This document shows positions 14,709-23,835 of a stretch of 32,000 nt of DNA, in pieces. Every line of letters begins with the position of its first letter. The stretch's first letter is position 1. Made by a program: the position numbers and the translations under genes. The notes beneath the pieces were generated by a model, which was not told where the DNA came from, searched no databases, and saw only the letters and a program-made list of their open reading frames with translations. This DNA comes from an archaeon (GTDB lineage: Archaea > Iainarchaeota > Iainarchaeia > Iainarchaeales > CSSED10-239), in NCBI GenBank assembly GCA_035400625.1, contig DAOMZT010000002.1, positions 90,001 to 122,000 of the forward strand. The letters are read 5' to 3'.

Positions 14709-17300
14709 TTATTCATTAAAGAAATTAATGTTCTTTCCAAGATATGCTTTTTCAGGAGATAAACCGTCTTCTCCATACATAAACTGTATTACTTGTCCAT
14801 CAGCAGTGGTAACCTTTAACTCATCATTAACAACAAGATCCTTTAAAGCATTTGACAATCTTCTATAAAGATAACCAGATACTTTTGTTGCAACACCAGT
14901 GTCAATTTCACCTTGTCTACCACCTATAGCGTGACAAAAATATTCTCTTGGACTCATACCATCAAAGAAATTACTTTGAACAAATCCGTAATCCATTACT
15001 TGGTTACTGCCTTTTGGACTTGAACTTAATAGCCTTTCAGAAAAGCCTGCTTTTGGTCTTCCTGTTCTAACAGTTACCTGCCCCCAAAGTCCAAGCATAT
15101 TTACAACATTTAATATTCTTCCACGACTTCCGCCAATACTTGCAACAAGTGCGGTGTTATTGTTTGATTCCTTTACTTTAGAAAACAATTCATCAAGCTT
15201 TATTTCCAATATTTTATCAGAAATCTTATCTTTCATATCTCCTGTTACCCTTAAAATCTCATTTTCAAAAGTTTCTTCAAGGTTCTTTCCAGGTATCAAT
15301 GGTAAGCTTCTGTCTTCAAATTTCTTAACTATTGAATTTGAACTAGCAACCATTCCTTTTATTTTTGCTTTTATATCTTTTTGTAATTCATCACTTGCTT
15401 TATACTCATCAAGAGCAACTGTTAAACCTTGTTTTGCAATATTTAAAAATACAAGTTTTGAAAACTTATAATAGAAATCCGCAAGTTCTTCTGCACCATA
15501 ATATCTATAGATTGTTTCTATCAAACCTTTGTGCATATCCATTTTTTCATCCATAACTCCGGAAATAATTTTCCCTTTTTCTATCTTTAGATAACAATCA
15601 TAAGGACATTTTTCTTTTTTACATCTTTTACATTCTTTTGCTTTAGAGACTATGCCACAAAGTTTATTCTTATATTCAACATTTAGACCTTTTGGTAAAA
15701 TCTGACTAAATATTAATTTACCTGAATAACAACCCCTTCCTCTATCTGCTGGTGGAAGCTCTGTTATTCCAATAGCATATAATAACTCCATTGCTTGTTT
15801 TTTTGTAAATTCTGTTTTTTCTCTTGTTAAAAGATAAGCACCAGATATTAGATCATGATCAGGAGCAATAACTGGTTTTCCTGTTCTGATGCTAATTACG
15901 TGTTTATCAGCAATCATAAGCTCCTTGACTTCAGTATATGACTCTTCACTTTGTGGAACATGAAGATTCATATCATCACCATCGAAGTCAGCGTTATATG
16001 GATCACAAGATATAGGGTTTAGTCTAAAGGTTCTTCCTGGAAGAATCTTAGCATAGTGCCCCATCATTGAAACTCTATGAAGTGTTGGCTGTCTATTAAA
16101 GATAACAACATCTCCATCTTGTAGTTTTCTTTTAATTGTCATTCCTTCAGTTAATTGTTCAGCAATTTCTTCTTTGTTCTCAGGTGTAACAATTTTTCTT
16201 AATCCTTTCTCTGTTAAAAGGTATGAAACTTTATCTTTAAGTATATAGTCCTTTAATCTATCTTTATTCCAAGCAGTTACTCTTTCTGGAACAGTCAAAG
16301 TATTTGCAACTTGTTCAGGTATTCCAAGTTCATTAAACTTAATATCAACACAAGGTGTAATTGTTGAACGAGCAGAAGCATTTACTCTTTTACCAATAAG
16401 ATTAAATCTAAATCTTCCTTTCTTTCCTTTTAGTCTTTGTGCAATTGTTTTTAATGGTCTTCCTGATCTTTGCTTTGCTGGTGGAACTCCTGCTGTGTTA
16501 TTGTCAATATATGTTGTAATATTATATTGTAAAAGATCCCAAAGGTCTTCAATAATTATTTGTGGTGCTCCTGCATTAATATTTTCTTGTAACCTAATAT
16601 TAATTCTTACAATGTCAAGCAATTTATGTGTCAAATCATCTTCAGAAGTTATAACGTTTTCTAAAGACAAAGATGGTCTAATTGAAACAGGAGATATTGG
16701 CAAAACAGAAACTATAAACCATTGTGGTTTTAGCTTATTTGAATAACCATACAAGAACAGATCCTTATCTGGAATCTTAACTAACCATTCTAAAATCTCA
16801 GAAGGATATATCCTATCCCCGTTTTTGAAAAAATTTGTTGGTTTATCTAAAACAATTTTATTTACTTGAGCTTTACAATGTGGGCATTTCTTTTCTCCCT
16901 TTACTCTATTTAATATTTCTTTTACACATTTGTCTGTATCTTCAGAGATTAGCATTAACTCGTTTATTTCTTCTTCTTCCAGAAGTATTCTTCCACATTC
17001 TTGACAAGTTGAAGCAAGAATATTATATAGCTTATCACCAAACTTTGGATGGATTACTGGCCTAATCAGTTCTAAAGAACCAAAGTGACCTGGACAGCCT
17101 TTCATTGTTTGGCCACAGGTTTTACATCTTAGTCCAGGGGAAATGATTCCAAGATGAGGATCCATAAGCCCTCTTTCAATTGGATAGCCATCTTTATCAT
17201 AGGTATCTGCTCTTGTTATCTCTACAGCAGACATCTTTCTGATCATCTCTGGACTTAAAACTCCAAACTCAATGCTTTTAATTTTCTTTGATGTATTCAT
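14709..17300 (-). CDS. rpoA1: DNA-directed RNA polymerase subunit A' (Rpo1N)
   Basis: Zn-ribbon Cys clusters at the N-terminus and the catalytic NADFDGDDMNLHVPQ motif. 863 aa. Confidence 0.97.
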   Translation of the reverse strand: MNTSKKIKSIEFGVLSPEMIRKMSAVEITRADTYDKDGYPIERGLMDPHLGIISPGLRCKTCGQTMKGCPGHFGSLELIRPVIHPKFGDKLYNILASTCQECGRILLEEEEINELMLISEDTDKCVKEILNRVKGEKKCPHCKAQVNKIVLDKPTNFFKNGDRIYPSEILEWLVKIPDKDLFLYGYSNKLKPQWFIVSVLPISPVSIRPSLSLENVITSEDDLTHKLLDIVRINIRLQENINAGAPQIIIEDLWDLLQYNITTYIDNNTAGVPPAKQRSGRPLKTIAQRLKGKKGRFRFNLIGKRVNASARSTITPCVDIKFNELGIPEQVANTLTVPERVTAWNKDRLKDYILKDKVSYLLTEKGLRKIVTPENKEEIAEQLTEGMTIKRKLQDGDVVIFNRQPTLHRVSMMGHYAKILPGRTFRLNPISCDPYNADFDGDDMNLHVPQSEESYTEVKELMIADKHVISIRTGKPVIAPDHDLISGAYLLTREKTEFTKKQAMELLYAIGITELPPADRGRGCYSGKLIFSQILPKGLNVEYKNKLCGIVSKAKECKRCKKEKCPYDCYLKIEKGKIISGVMDEKMDMHKGLIETIYRYYGAEELADFYYKFSKLVFLNIAKQGLTVALDEYKASDELQKDIKAKIKGMVASSNSIVKKFEDRSLPLIPGKNLEETFENEILRVTGDMKDKISDKILEIKLDELFSKVKESNNNTALVASIGGSRGRILNVVNMLGLWGQVTVRTGRPKAGFSERLLSSSPKGSNQVMDYGFVQSNFFDGMSPREYFCHAIGGRQGEIDTGVATKVSGYLYRRLSNALKDLVVNDELKVTTADGQVIQFMYGEDGLSPEKAYLGKNINFFNE

Positions 17301-17321
17301 CTTATCTACCTTTTAAATACT

Positions 17322-19142
17322 CTAGTCTATTTTATCTCCAATATTTAACTTTGGATATACTCCCATTGCTTTTAGTTCATCAAGCAAAAGCTTGAAACCA
17401 TAACTTATTTTTACTTGGTGTACATTTGTTCCATTACATATTGGACAAAATTTCTTGTTTCTTATCTTATCATCAACAGCAGGGATACCACAGTCTTCAC
17501 ACACCATGATATTCATCTCATCTGCATCATCCATTAATTTTTCCTGAAGAGTCATTGCTGCACCGTGAGCAACCAAAGCTTCGCCTTCCATTTCACCGAA
17601 TCTTAGTCCTCCACCTTTTTGCTTTCCTTCAGTTGGTTGTCTTGTTAATAACTGTACAGGTCCTTTATCTCTTGCTTGTATTCTATTAACAATTAAGTGT
17701 GTTTGTAATCTCTCAAAACCAAGAGGCCCAACAAATATTGGCATCTCTATTTTCTCTCCTGTCTTACCATCATAAAATGTTTCTTTACCATCTGGTCTAA
17801 ACCCATACGCTTGTAACATTTTGAAAACTTCATCTTTGTCATTATAGAAAGGGGTTCCATCAATTGATTTTCCACTTGTAGCAACTGTTTTTCCTGCAAT
17901 ACTTTCAAACAAATGACCAAGAGTCATTCTTGAAGGAATAGAGTGTGGATTTAAAATAAAGTCTGGCTTTATTCCTTGACTTGTAAATGGCATATCCTCT
18001 TCCTTGATTACTGCACCAACAACGCCTTTCTGTGCGTGATGTGAAGTAAATTTATCTCCAACTTGTGGTTCAAGATATGTTCTTACTCTTACCTTACATA
18101 ACTTTGTTCCAGAAATTGTTTCTGAAAGCATAACTCTATCAACATAGCCTTTTAGATGTTTTCTTGCACAAACAGAAGTATCTCTTCTTTCTTCTGTAAC
18201 AACGCCAAACTCAGAAACCTCTTCTACAAATCTTGGAGGTGATGTCATACCTATAACTACCCCACCTTCAGATACTTTTGATTCTACATTAACAATTCCG
18301 TTTTCATCAAGATTAGCATATGCATCAAGCCCTCTATAGCCACTTGCATCTTCTGTTGGAACACAAAACTTGTCTGTTTGTCCAGAAGGATATCTTGTTT
18401 CAGATTGAGAATATGATCTATAATATGATGATCTTGACATCGCTCTTTGTATCGCACCCTGATTAATAATAAAAGCATCAAGCATATTAAATCCTTTATA
18501 AGGCATAATTGCAACAATTGCATTCTGTATCATTGGCCTTTTTTCCATATGTAAAAGCTTTGATGTTCTAGTATAAACTAAAGGCTTTTGTGGGTAATAC
18601 AAACAATGCATTTCAGTATCAAACCTTAAATTATAATTAGAAGCAGGAATACCAATTGCCTGTTTATAAAGTTTAGCACCATGAATTGCTTTACCAGCCA
18701 TGTTGTGCTCAATGAATGGAATCATAGAAGAAACAATACTGAAGATTGCAGTTCCTGATATTTCTAAATGTGTGTGATCAGGGGTTAGTTCTTCTTCTGT
18801 TAAAGCAATATATGCATTTTCCTCTTCTTCAGCATCTAAAAACTCAACAATTCCTTTAGAAAGAATATCTTGCCAAGACAATTTCTTTGATTTTAAGTCT
18901 TCTACAATTTCAGGTGTTAATTTTGATTGTCCTTTTTCTACAACAATTACTGATCTTTGTACTCTTCCAGCATCTGTGTTTATGTAAAGTTCATTTGTTG
19001 TTTCATTATATGCTATGTTTACTTGTGGATCGATCTGAAGAGATCTTCTTTTCTTAAGTAACTCTGCTCTTAATTTTTCTGGATCATCATGAAATCCAAC
19101 AATTCCGCCATTAACATAAATTTTTGCTTTTGATTTTGCCAT
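17322..19142 (-). CDS. rpoB1: DNA-directed RNA polymerase subunit B' (C-terminal part of split Rpo2)
   Basis: GDKFTSHHAQKGVVG, ILNPHSIPSRMTLGHL, GGLRFGEMEGEALVAHGAA and a C-terminal CxxC...CxxC Zn motif. 606 aa. Confidence 0.95.
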   Translation of the reverse strand: MAKSKAKIYVNGGIVGFHDDPEKLRAELLKKRRSLQIDPQVNIAYNETTNELYINTDAGRVQRSVIVVEKGQSKLTPEIVEDLKSKKLSWQDILSKGIVEFLDAEEEENAYIALTEEELTPDHTHLEISGTAIFSIVSSMIPFIEHNMAGKAIHGAKLYKQAIGIPASNYNLRFDTEMHCLYYPQKPLVYTRTSKLLHMEKRPMIQNAIVAIMPYKGFNMLDAFIINQGAIQRAMSRSSYYRSYSQSETRYPSGQTDKFCVPTEDASGYRGLDAYANLDENGIVNVESKVSEGGVVIGMTSPPRFVEEVSEFGVVTEERRDTSVCARKHLKGYVDRVMLSETISGTKLCKVRVRTYLEPQVGDKFTSHHAQKGVVGAVIKEEDMPFTSQGIKPDFILNPHSIPSRMTLGHLFESIAGKTVATSGKSIDGTPFYNDKDEVFKMLQAYGFRPDGKETFYDGKTGEKIEMPIFVGPLGFERLQTHLIVNRIQARDKGPVQLLTRQPTEGKQKGGGLRFGEMEGEALVAHGAAMTLQEKLMDDADEMNIMVCEDCGIPAVDDKIRNKKFCPICNGTNVHQVKISYGFKLLLDELKAMGVYPKLNIGDKID

Positions 19143-19166
19143 ATTGTTTCACTTTTAAAAATAATT

Positions 19167-20633
19167 CTAGTCAGAGGTAACACCCTCATTCTTTAATATG
19201 CCTTTAACATCTTCTGGATCTGTATCTGTTGTAATCTTTGCCATCATTGAGAGGTTCTTAACAAGACCACAATTAGGTCCATCTGGTGTTTCTATAGGAC
19301 AAAGTCTTCCCCAGTGTGTTCCGTGAACATCTCTTGCTTCATAAAGTTCTCTTGAGGAATCTAAAGTTGATTTTACTCTTCTTAAATCAGTAATTGATGT
19401 CAAGAAATTATCTCTTGACATATATTTACTAACGCCCGTTAATTGCCCTATCCAATTACCTGTGCTTACAGCAAACATAATTCTTTCAGTAATAGCATCT
19501 GGTCTAATTACTGTATTAATATTTAATTTTCTGTGTCTTGATATTGTTCTGTCAATCTGGAATTTTAAATCTTTTGTAAAATGTTTAAAAGAAAATCTGA
19601 AAAGGTTTTCCATTAACTTACCAGAAAGCTCAAGTCTTTTGTTAGCATAATGATCTTTGTCTGCTTGTGTTCTTAAGTTATAGGCTTTTTCAATAATCTT
19701 AACAGCCATTGCCACAAGAAAGTGTGCCTTCATTGTTCTTGCGTCTTTTTCTTGGCCTAAGTGTGGTAATAAGAAAGAATCGATTACTTCTTTTGCTCTT
19801 CTTAGTCTGTATGTTTTTGTTTGAGATGGTGCAACAGATCTTCCAATCTTATCTAATGCCTCTTCCTCTGATTGTAGTTCCACTTTGTCAAGGTTAAGAA
19901 GAACTTCATTTTGAATAATTTGCTCCTTTGGGAAAAGATCTAGAATCTGACTTGGTTTTGTATAACCTATTGCATTTAATAATTCGATAAGCATTAGCTT
20001 TCTTGGAGATGAAGGAAATGTTACTGAAAATAATCCATCTTGTGTTCTTGAGATTCTAACTTTTCCTTTAAATGCTCCTTTAACAGAAATTACTTGAGCA
20101 TTAATCACGTCTTCTGTGTCATTAAGTAGAATTCTATCAAATGCTAGAACTTCTTGAGTTATTAATGCTTTTTCTGAACCATTAACAATCATGTAACCTC
20201 CTCTATCCATAGGATCTTCTCCATTCTCTATTAGTTCTTCTGGAGACAAACCATAAAGGTTACATCTATTTGATTTTACAAGAATCGGTATTTCTCCAAC
20301 ATATGCTCTTTTCTCATCTTGAAGAACCCCTTTTCTGTAAAGCTTAATATCTAAATAAATAGAACCAGAGTATGTTAGATTTCTAAGTCTTGCTTCCATT
20401 GGCATTAATCTAAATTTTGCTGTCCTGTCTGCTTCAACAATTTGTGGGTTTGTGATTTCTACATTTGACAATGTAACATCTACATTATTTGTAGAACTAA
20501 TAAATCCATTTTCTTCAACAATCTCTGAAATCTTTTCATCAATAAACTGATTAAAAGAATTTATTTGTTGTTGAACTGGACTATACAGCTCATAATATGA
20601 CTCAATTACTGACCATTTATCTAAATTTTTCAT
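19167..20633 (-). CDS. rpoB2: DNA-directed RNA polymerase subunit B'' (N-terminal part of split Rpo2)
   Basis: N-terminal Rpo2 blocks (QQQINSFNQFI..., GGYMIVNGSEKALITQE, HGTHWGRLCPIETPDGPNCGLVKNL). 488 aa, 24 nt upstream of B'. Confidence 0.95.
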   Translation of the reverse strand: MKNLDKWSVIESYYELYSPVQQQINSFNQFIDEKISEIVEENGFISSTNNVDVTLSNVEITNPQIVEADRTAKFRLMPMEARLRNLTYSGSIYLDIKLYRKGVLQDEKRAYVGEIPILVKSNRCNLYGLSPEELIENGEDPMDRGGYMIVNGSEKALITQEVLAFDRILLNDTEDVINAQVISVKGAFKGKVRISRTQDGLFSVTFPSSPRKLMLIELLNAIGYTKPSQILDLFPKEQIIQNEVLLNLDKVELQSEEEALDKIGRSVAPSQTKTYRLRRAKEVIDSFLLPHLGQEKDARTMKAHFLVAMAVKIIEKAYNLRTQADKDHYANKRLELSGKLMENLFRFSFKHFTKDLKFQIDRTISRHRKLNINTVIRPDAITERIMFAVSTGNWIGQLTGVSKYMSRDNFLTSITDLRRVKSTLDSSRELYEARDVHGTHWGRLCPIETPDGPNCGLVKNLSMMAKITTDTDPEDVKGILKNEGVTSD

Positions 20634-20688
20634 AATCTTTCACACTCTGTTAAATACAACATAATTTTTATTTTAAAAAGAAAAACCG

Positions 20689-21117
20689 TTATACAGCAAT
20701 TACTCTTCTATAATAGATTACTTCGCCTATTATTCTGTTTACTCTAGTAATCTTAATCACATCTCCAACTTTTATCTCTAAGTGAGCGATGCCAGGATCT
20801 GTAATATAGATTAAAGGAAGTTTTTCCGGATTTATGTTTTGTTCAGAAATAAGTTTTTCTAATTCTTCGCTTGAAACTAGTTCATGTTTAGGTATATAAG
20901 AATGTTTTATTTCTTCTTTTATTTTTCTTGCTCTTTTCTTTACCTTCTTTCTTTTGCCTTTGCCTTTTGTTTCTTCTTCTTCATCATCAGAGGTATCAAA
21001 AGTAACTTTAATTTCTTTTTCTTCTTCCTCTTCTTCTTCGTTTGGTGTTTTAATATCTATATCATCATCAAAATTATAATCATCTTCTAAACTTATATCT
21101 GTTTTTATTTTTGGCAT
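20689..21117 (-). CDS. rpoH: DNA-directed RNA polymerase subunit H (Rpo5) with an acidic/basic low-complexity N-terminal extension
   Basis: The C-terminal 75 aa match RpoH (IPKHELVSSEELEKLISEQNINPEKLPLIYITDPGIAHLEIKVGDVIKITRVNRIIGEVIYYRRV). The N-terminal ~68 aa are D/E/K-rich. SD-like AGGTG lies 9-13 nt upstream of the ATG. Confidence 0.9.
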   Translation of the reverse strand: MPKIKTDISLEDDYNFDDDIDIKTPNEEEEEEEKEIKVTFDTSDDEEEETKGKGKRKKVKKRARKIKEEIKHSYIPKHELVSSEELEKLISEQNINPEKLPLIYITDPGIAHLEIKVGDVIKITRVNRIIGEVIYYRRVIAV

Positions 21118-21355
21118 GACCTTACACCTTTGATTGTAATGTTTTTGCTTTTCTGTCTTTAAGTTGTTTGCCGATAGCTCACGCTAAACAATGTTTCTTT
21201 AATATGGGCTGATAGATAGGCTCAAATTAACGCCCTTATATTTACAAAAATCGTCAATAGTATAAATGTTTTTTGTAAAAAATATAAATATAGCTAATAA
21301 ACTAGACAGGAGCATATTATATTTATAATAACAAAAGATTTATAAATACTTTGCT

Positions 21356-22900
21356 TTATCTGGTTTTTCTCTTTTTCTTTGTTTCTTGTGATTTTTCCGT
21401 TTTCTGTGTATTTATGCTTTTAAACAGTTCTTTTTCTTTGTTTGTAAGTTCATCAATTTTTTTATTTATTGTTTTTTCTTCCTTTTTTAACCCTTTCTTT
21501 AAATCTTTCACTTCTCTATACATTTCAAGAAGTATAACTTCCCCTTCTGCTTTTGTAAAATTTAAAAATTGAGTTACTCCAAAAATTATTGGCCTTTGTA
21601 AAATTATGTTTTTTGGAATGTTGATTTCGTCTTTGTTTTTGTCTTCTATTTTATTAACAAAACCAATTGTAAATAATCTAAACAAAATGGATATTCCAAA
21701 AATAAGTAAAAGACCATAGGCTTCTAAACCCATATACCAAAATTTAGGAGTGGTGGATATTATCCCACCAATAATTGATCCTAACAACATTGCTGTTGAT
21801 TGAAATATCATAAAGAAAGACACGTGGTTTATCATGTCATATTTTACATTCTGATAGAAGTACCCATATATAGAAAGAGTTAATCCTGCCATCAAAACAC
21901 CATCAAAAAGATTTAGTAAAAATAACAACAACACATTATTTCCAAACAAAATCACAAATAATGGATAAACTGGCAAGAATAAGATTATTGCTTTAAGTAC
22001 TTTTGTTGCCCCAAACTTATCACAAATCTTGCCCCAATAATAAAAGCTTAATACTAGTCCTAAAATTGAACCAATTTCTAAAATGATGTACTGCTTATAA
22101 TCAAACAAAAGAATATTCAAAAAATAATATCTATAATATGGTGCAGCAATATACATGCTAAAATATATTAGCGAAACAATAGTTATAAAATAAAGAAATT
22201 GCTTGTTCTTCAAAACTAAATTATTAAAAACCTTAAAAACAGGTTTTGACATCTCTTGGGATTTTTTGGTAAGGTGTTCTTGGTTCTCGGTCTCGCTCAT
22301 TTTACTCATCACTACTACAGAACCAAACCTAAACAATCCAGCAACTATAAAGATAATACTAAACCCATAAGCTGCATTGTTTTTACTTATCGCATCCATT
22401 ACAACGCCAGCCAAAAACAATGGCAAAATAGAAAACAGGCTTTGTATTAGTTGTTTTTTCGAGGTATATTGTACTATCTTGCTTGTATCAAATAACTTGC
22501 CAATCCATTCTCGATATACTGGATAAGGCAACTGCTCCATAATTGTTATTAAACAATAAAAAATAATTACTAACCAAACAACAACTTTGCTTTTTATTAT
22601 AAAACCGACCAAGGCCAAGGGTATCCAAAAAAACGCTTGTAAGGCAATAAAAAAAATAACAAAATGCTTTTGTGATTTAAAATATTTAACTAAATCATAT
22701 GAAAGCAAACCAAAGAATGAAGCAATAAATATTGGCAAAACATTTAACAGGCCAATTTGAAAAGTACTTGCCTTTAAAGATATAAGATAAGGAACCAAAA
22801 ATACTAATCCAAGATAATACATCCCTGCCCAAAATATACCGTCTGTAAGATAATACTTCAAATCTTTTTTTTGCTGGTTAGCAGTTTGTTTGAATTCCAT
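21356..22900 (-). CDS. Multi-pass membrane transporter, MFS-like, with a charged coiled-coil C-terminal tail
   Basis: 514 aa with about 12 hydrophobic segments arranged 6+6 around a central charged loop (SETENQEHLTKKSQEMSK). The ~80-aa K/E-rich tail overlaps no other gene. Confidence 0.55.
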   Translation of the reverse strand: MEFKQTANQQKKDLKYYLTDGIFWAGMYYLGLVFLVPYLISLKASTFQIGLLNVLPIFIASFFGLLSYDLVKYFKSQKHFVIFFIALQAFFWIPLALVGFIIKSKVVVWLVIIFYCLITIMEQLPYPVYREWIGKLFDTSKIVQYTSKKQLIQSLFSILPLFLAGVVMDAISKNNAAYGFSIIFIVAGLFRFGSVVVMSKMSETENQEHLTKKSQEMSKPVFKVFNNLVLKNKQFLYFITIVSLIYFSMYIAAPYYRYYFLNILLFDYKQYIILEIGSILGLVLSFYYWGKICDKFGATKVLKAIILFLPVYPLFVILFGNNVLLLFLLNLFDGVLMAGLTLSIYGYFYQNVKYDMINHVSFFMIFQSTAMLLGSIIGGIISTTPKFWYMGLEAYGLLLIFGISILFRLFTIGFVNKIEDKNKDEINIPKNIILQRPIIFGVTQFLNFTKAEGEVILLEMYREVKDLKKGLKKEEKTINKKIDELTNKEKELFKSINTQKTEKSQETKKKRKTR

Positions 22901-22958
22901 AAGTGTTCTATAAAATAGAAAGAGAATGTGTTTTTAAAGGTTGTTTAAAAATAGAAAG

Positions 22959-23032
22959 TGCTCGAAGGGGGATTCGGACCCCCGTTATTAGCGTGAGAGG
23001 CTAATGTGATTACCGGGCTACACTATTCGAGC
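22959..23032 (-). tRNA. tRNA-Glu (anticodon CUC), 74 nt, no encoded CCA
   Basis: Hand-folded cloverleaf: acceptor GCTCGAA/TTCGAGC, anticodon stem TTAGC/GCTAA, loop CTCTCAC, T arm GGGGG-TCCGAAT-CCCCC, discriminator A. Confidence 0.85.
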
Positions 23033-23075
23033 AAAGGTATATATTTTAATTCTAAAAACATTTAAAAATAGGAAT

Positions 23076-23417
23076 TTAATCTAATCCTAAACTAATCTTT
23101 ATTGCATTATCAACTTTATGCATTGTTTCTTCAGATAGGCTTCCTAATTTCTTTTTTATTCTAGTTATTGAAATTGACCTAATTTGATTAAGTTGTATAT
23201 AACTATTCTCAAGTAAATTCCCTTCTCCTTTTAAGACACATACTAAATAAGGATAACTTTGATCTAATTTAGAGGTAATTGTGGCAATAATTGTAGTGCT
23301 TGAAAACTTATTTCCTATATTGTTTTGAATAATTACACAAGGTCTTGTCTTTCCTTGTTCAGAACCAATAATTGGATCTAAATCCACAATTACAACATCT
23401 CCACGCTGTATTAACAT
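23076..23417 (-). CDS. mazF: MazF/PemK-family endoribonuclease toxin
   Basis: MLIQRGDVVIVDLDPIIGSEQGKTRPCVIIQNNIGNKFSSTTIIATITS is the canonical PemK/MazF N-terminal signature. 113 aa, 10 nt downstream of an AbrB/SpoVT-type gene. Confidence 0.85.
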   Translation of the reverse strand: MLIQRGDVVIVDLDPIIGSEQGKTRPCVIIQNNIGNKFSSTTIIATITSKLDQSYPYLVCVLKGEGNLLENSYIQLNQIRSISITRIKKKLGSLSEETMHKVDNAIKISLGLD

Positions 23418-23427
23418 TTTTTACCCT

Positions 23428-23667
23428 CTAATCAGAAGTATATTTCCAATCCTCTGCAGTTTCTAAATCTAATTTTGATGTTTTTTTATAACCATCAATC
23501 ATTAATTTTTCTTTTTCTTTTTTAGATAATGGCTTTTCTATAACTATGTTTTGATTTTCTATTTTTACTATCAATCTTGATTTGGGTTTAATGTTTGCTT
23601 TTTCTCTAATTATTTTAGGCAATGTTATTTGACCTCTTTCACCAACCGTTGTATAAGATTCGTACAA
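23428..23667 (-). CDS. mazE: AbrB/MazE/SpoVT-family antitoxin
   Basis: TTVGERGQITLPKIIREKANIKPKSRLIVKIENQNIVIEKP swapped-hairpin motif. TTG start with a G7 run 8 nt upstream. Confidence 0.75.
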   Translation of the reverse strand: MYESYTTVGERGQITLPKIIREKANIKPKSRLIVKIENQNIVIEKPLSKKEKEKLMIDGYKKTSKLDLETAEDWKYTSD

Positions 23668-23685
23668 TTTAGTTCCCCCCCTTTT

Positions 23686-23706
23686 AAATATGTATTATAC
23701 ATATTT
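23686..23706. promoter_or_regulatory. 21-bp perfect palindrome AAATATGTAT-T-ATACATATTT upstream of mazE (candidate operator overlapping promoter)
   Basis: Read directly. It lies 18 nt upstream of the mazE start, just beyond the G-run. Confidence 0.4.
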
Positions 23707-23835
23707 ATTCATACCATTACATATTTAAATAGATCATATATATCTTGTATTTTCTCATTATTAAAATGCATAGTTTACTTTTTTTGGAAAATCACAATAA
23801 AATAAGCTTTTTTAATAAATACACAAAAATGTATA

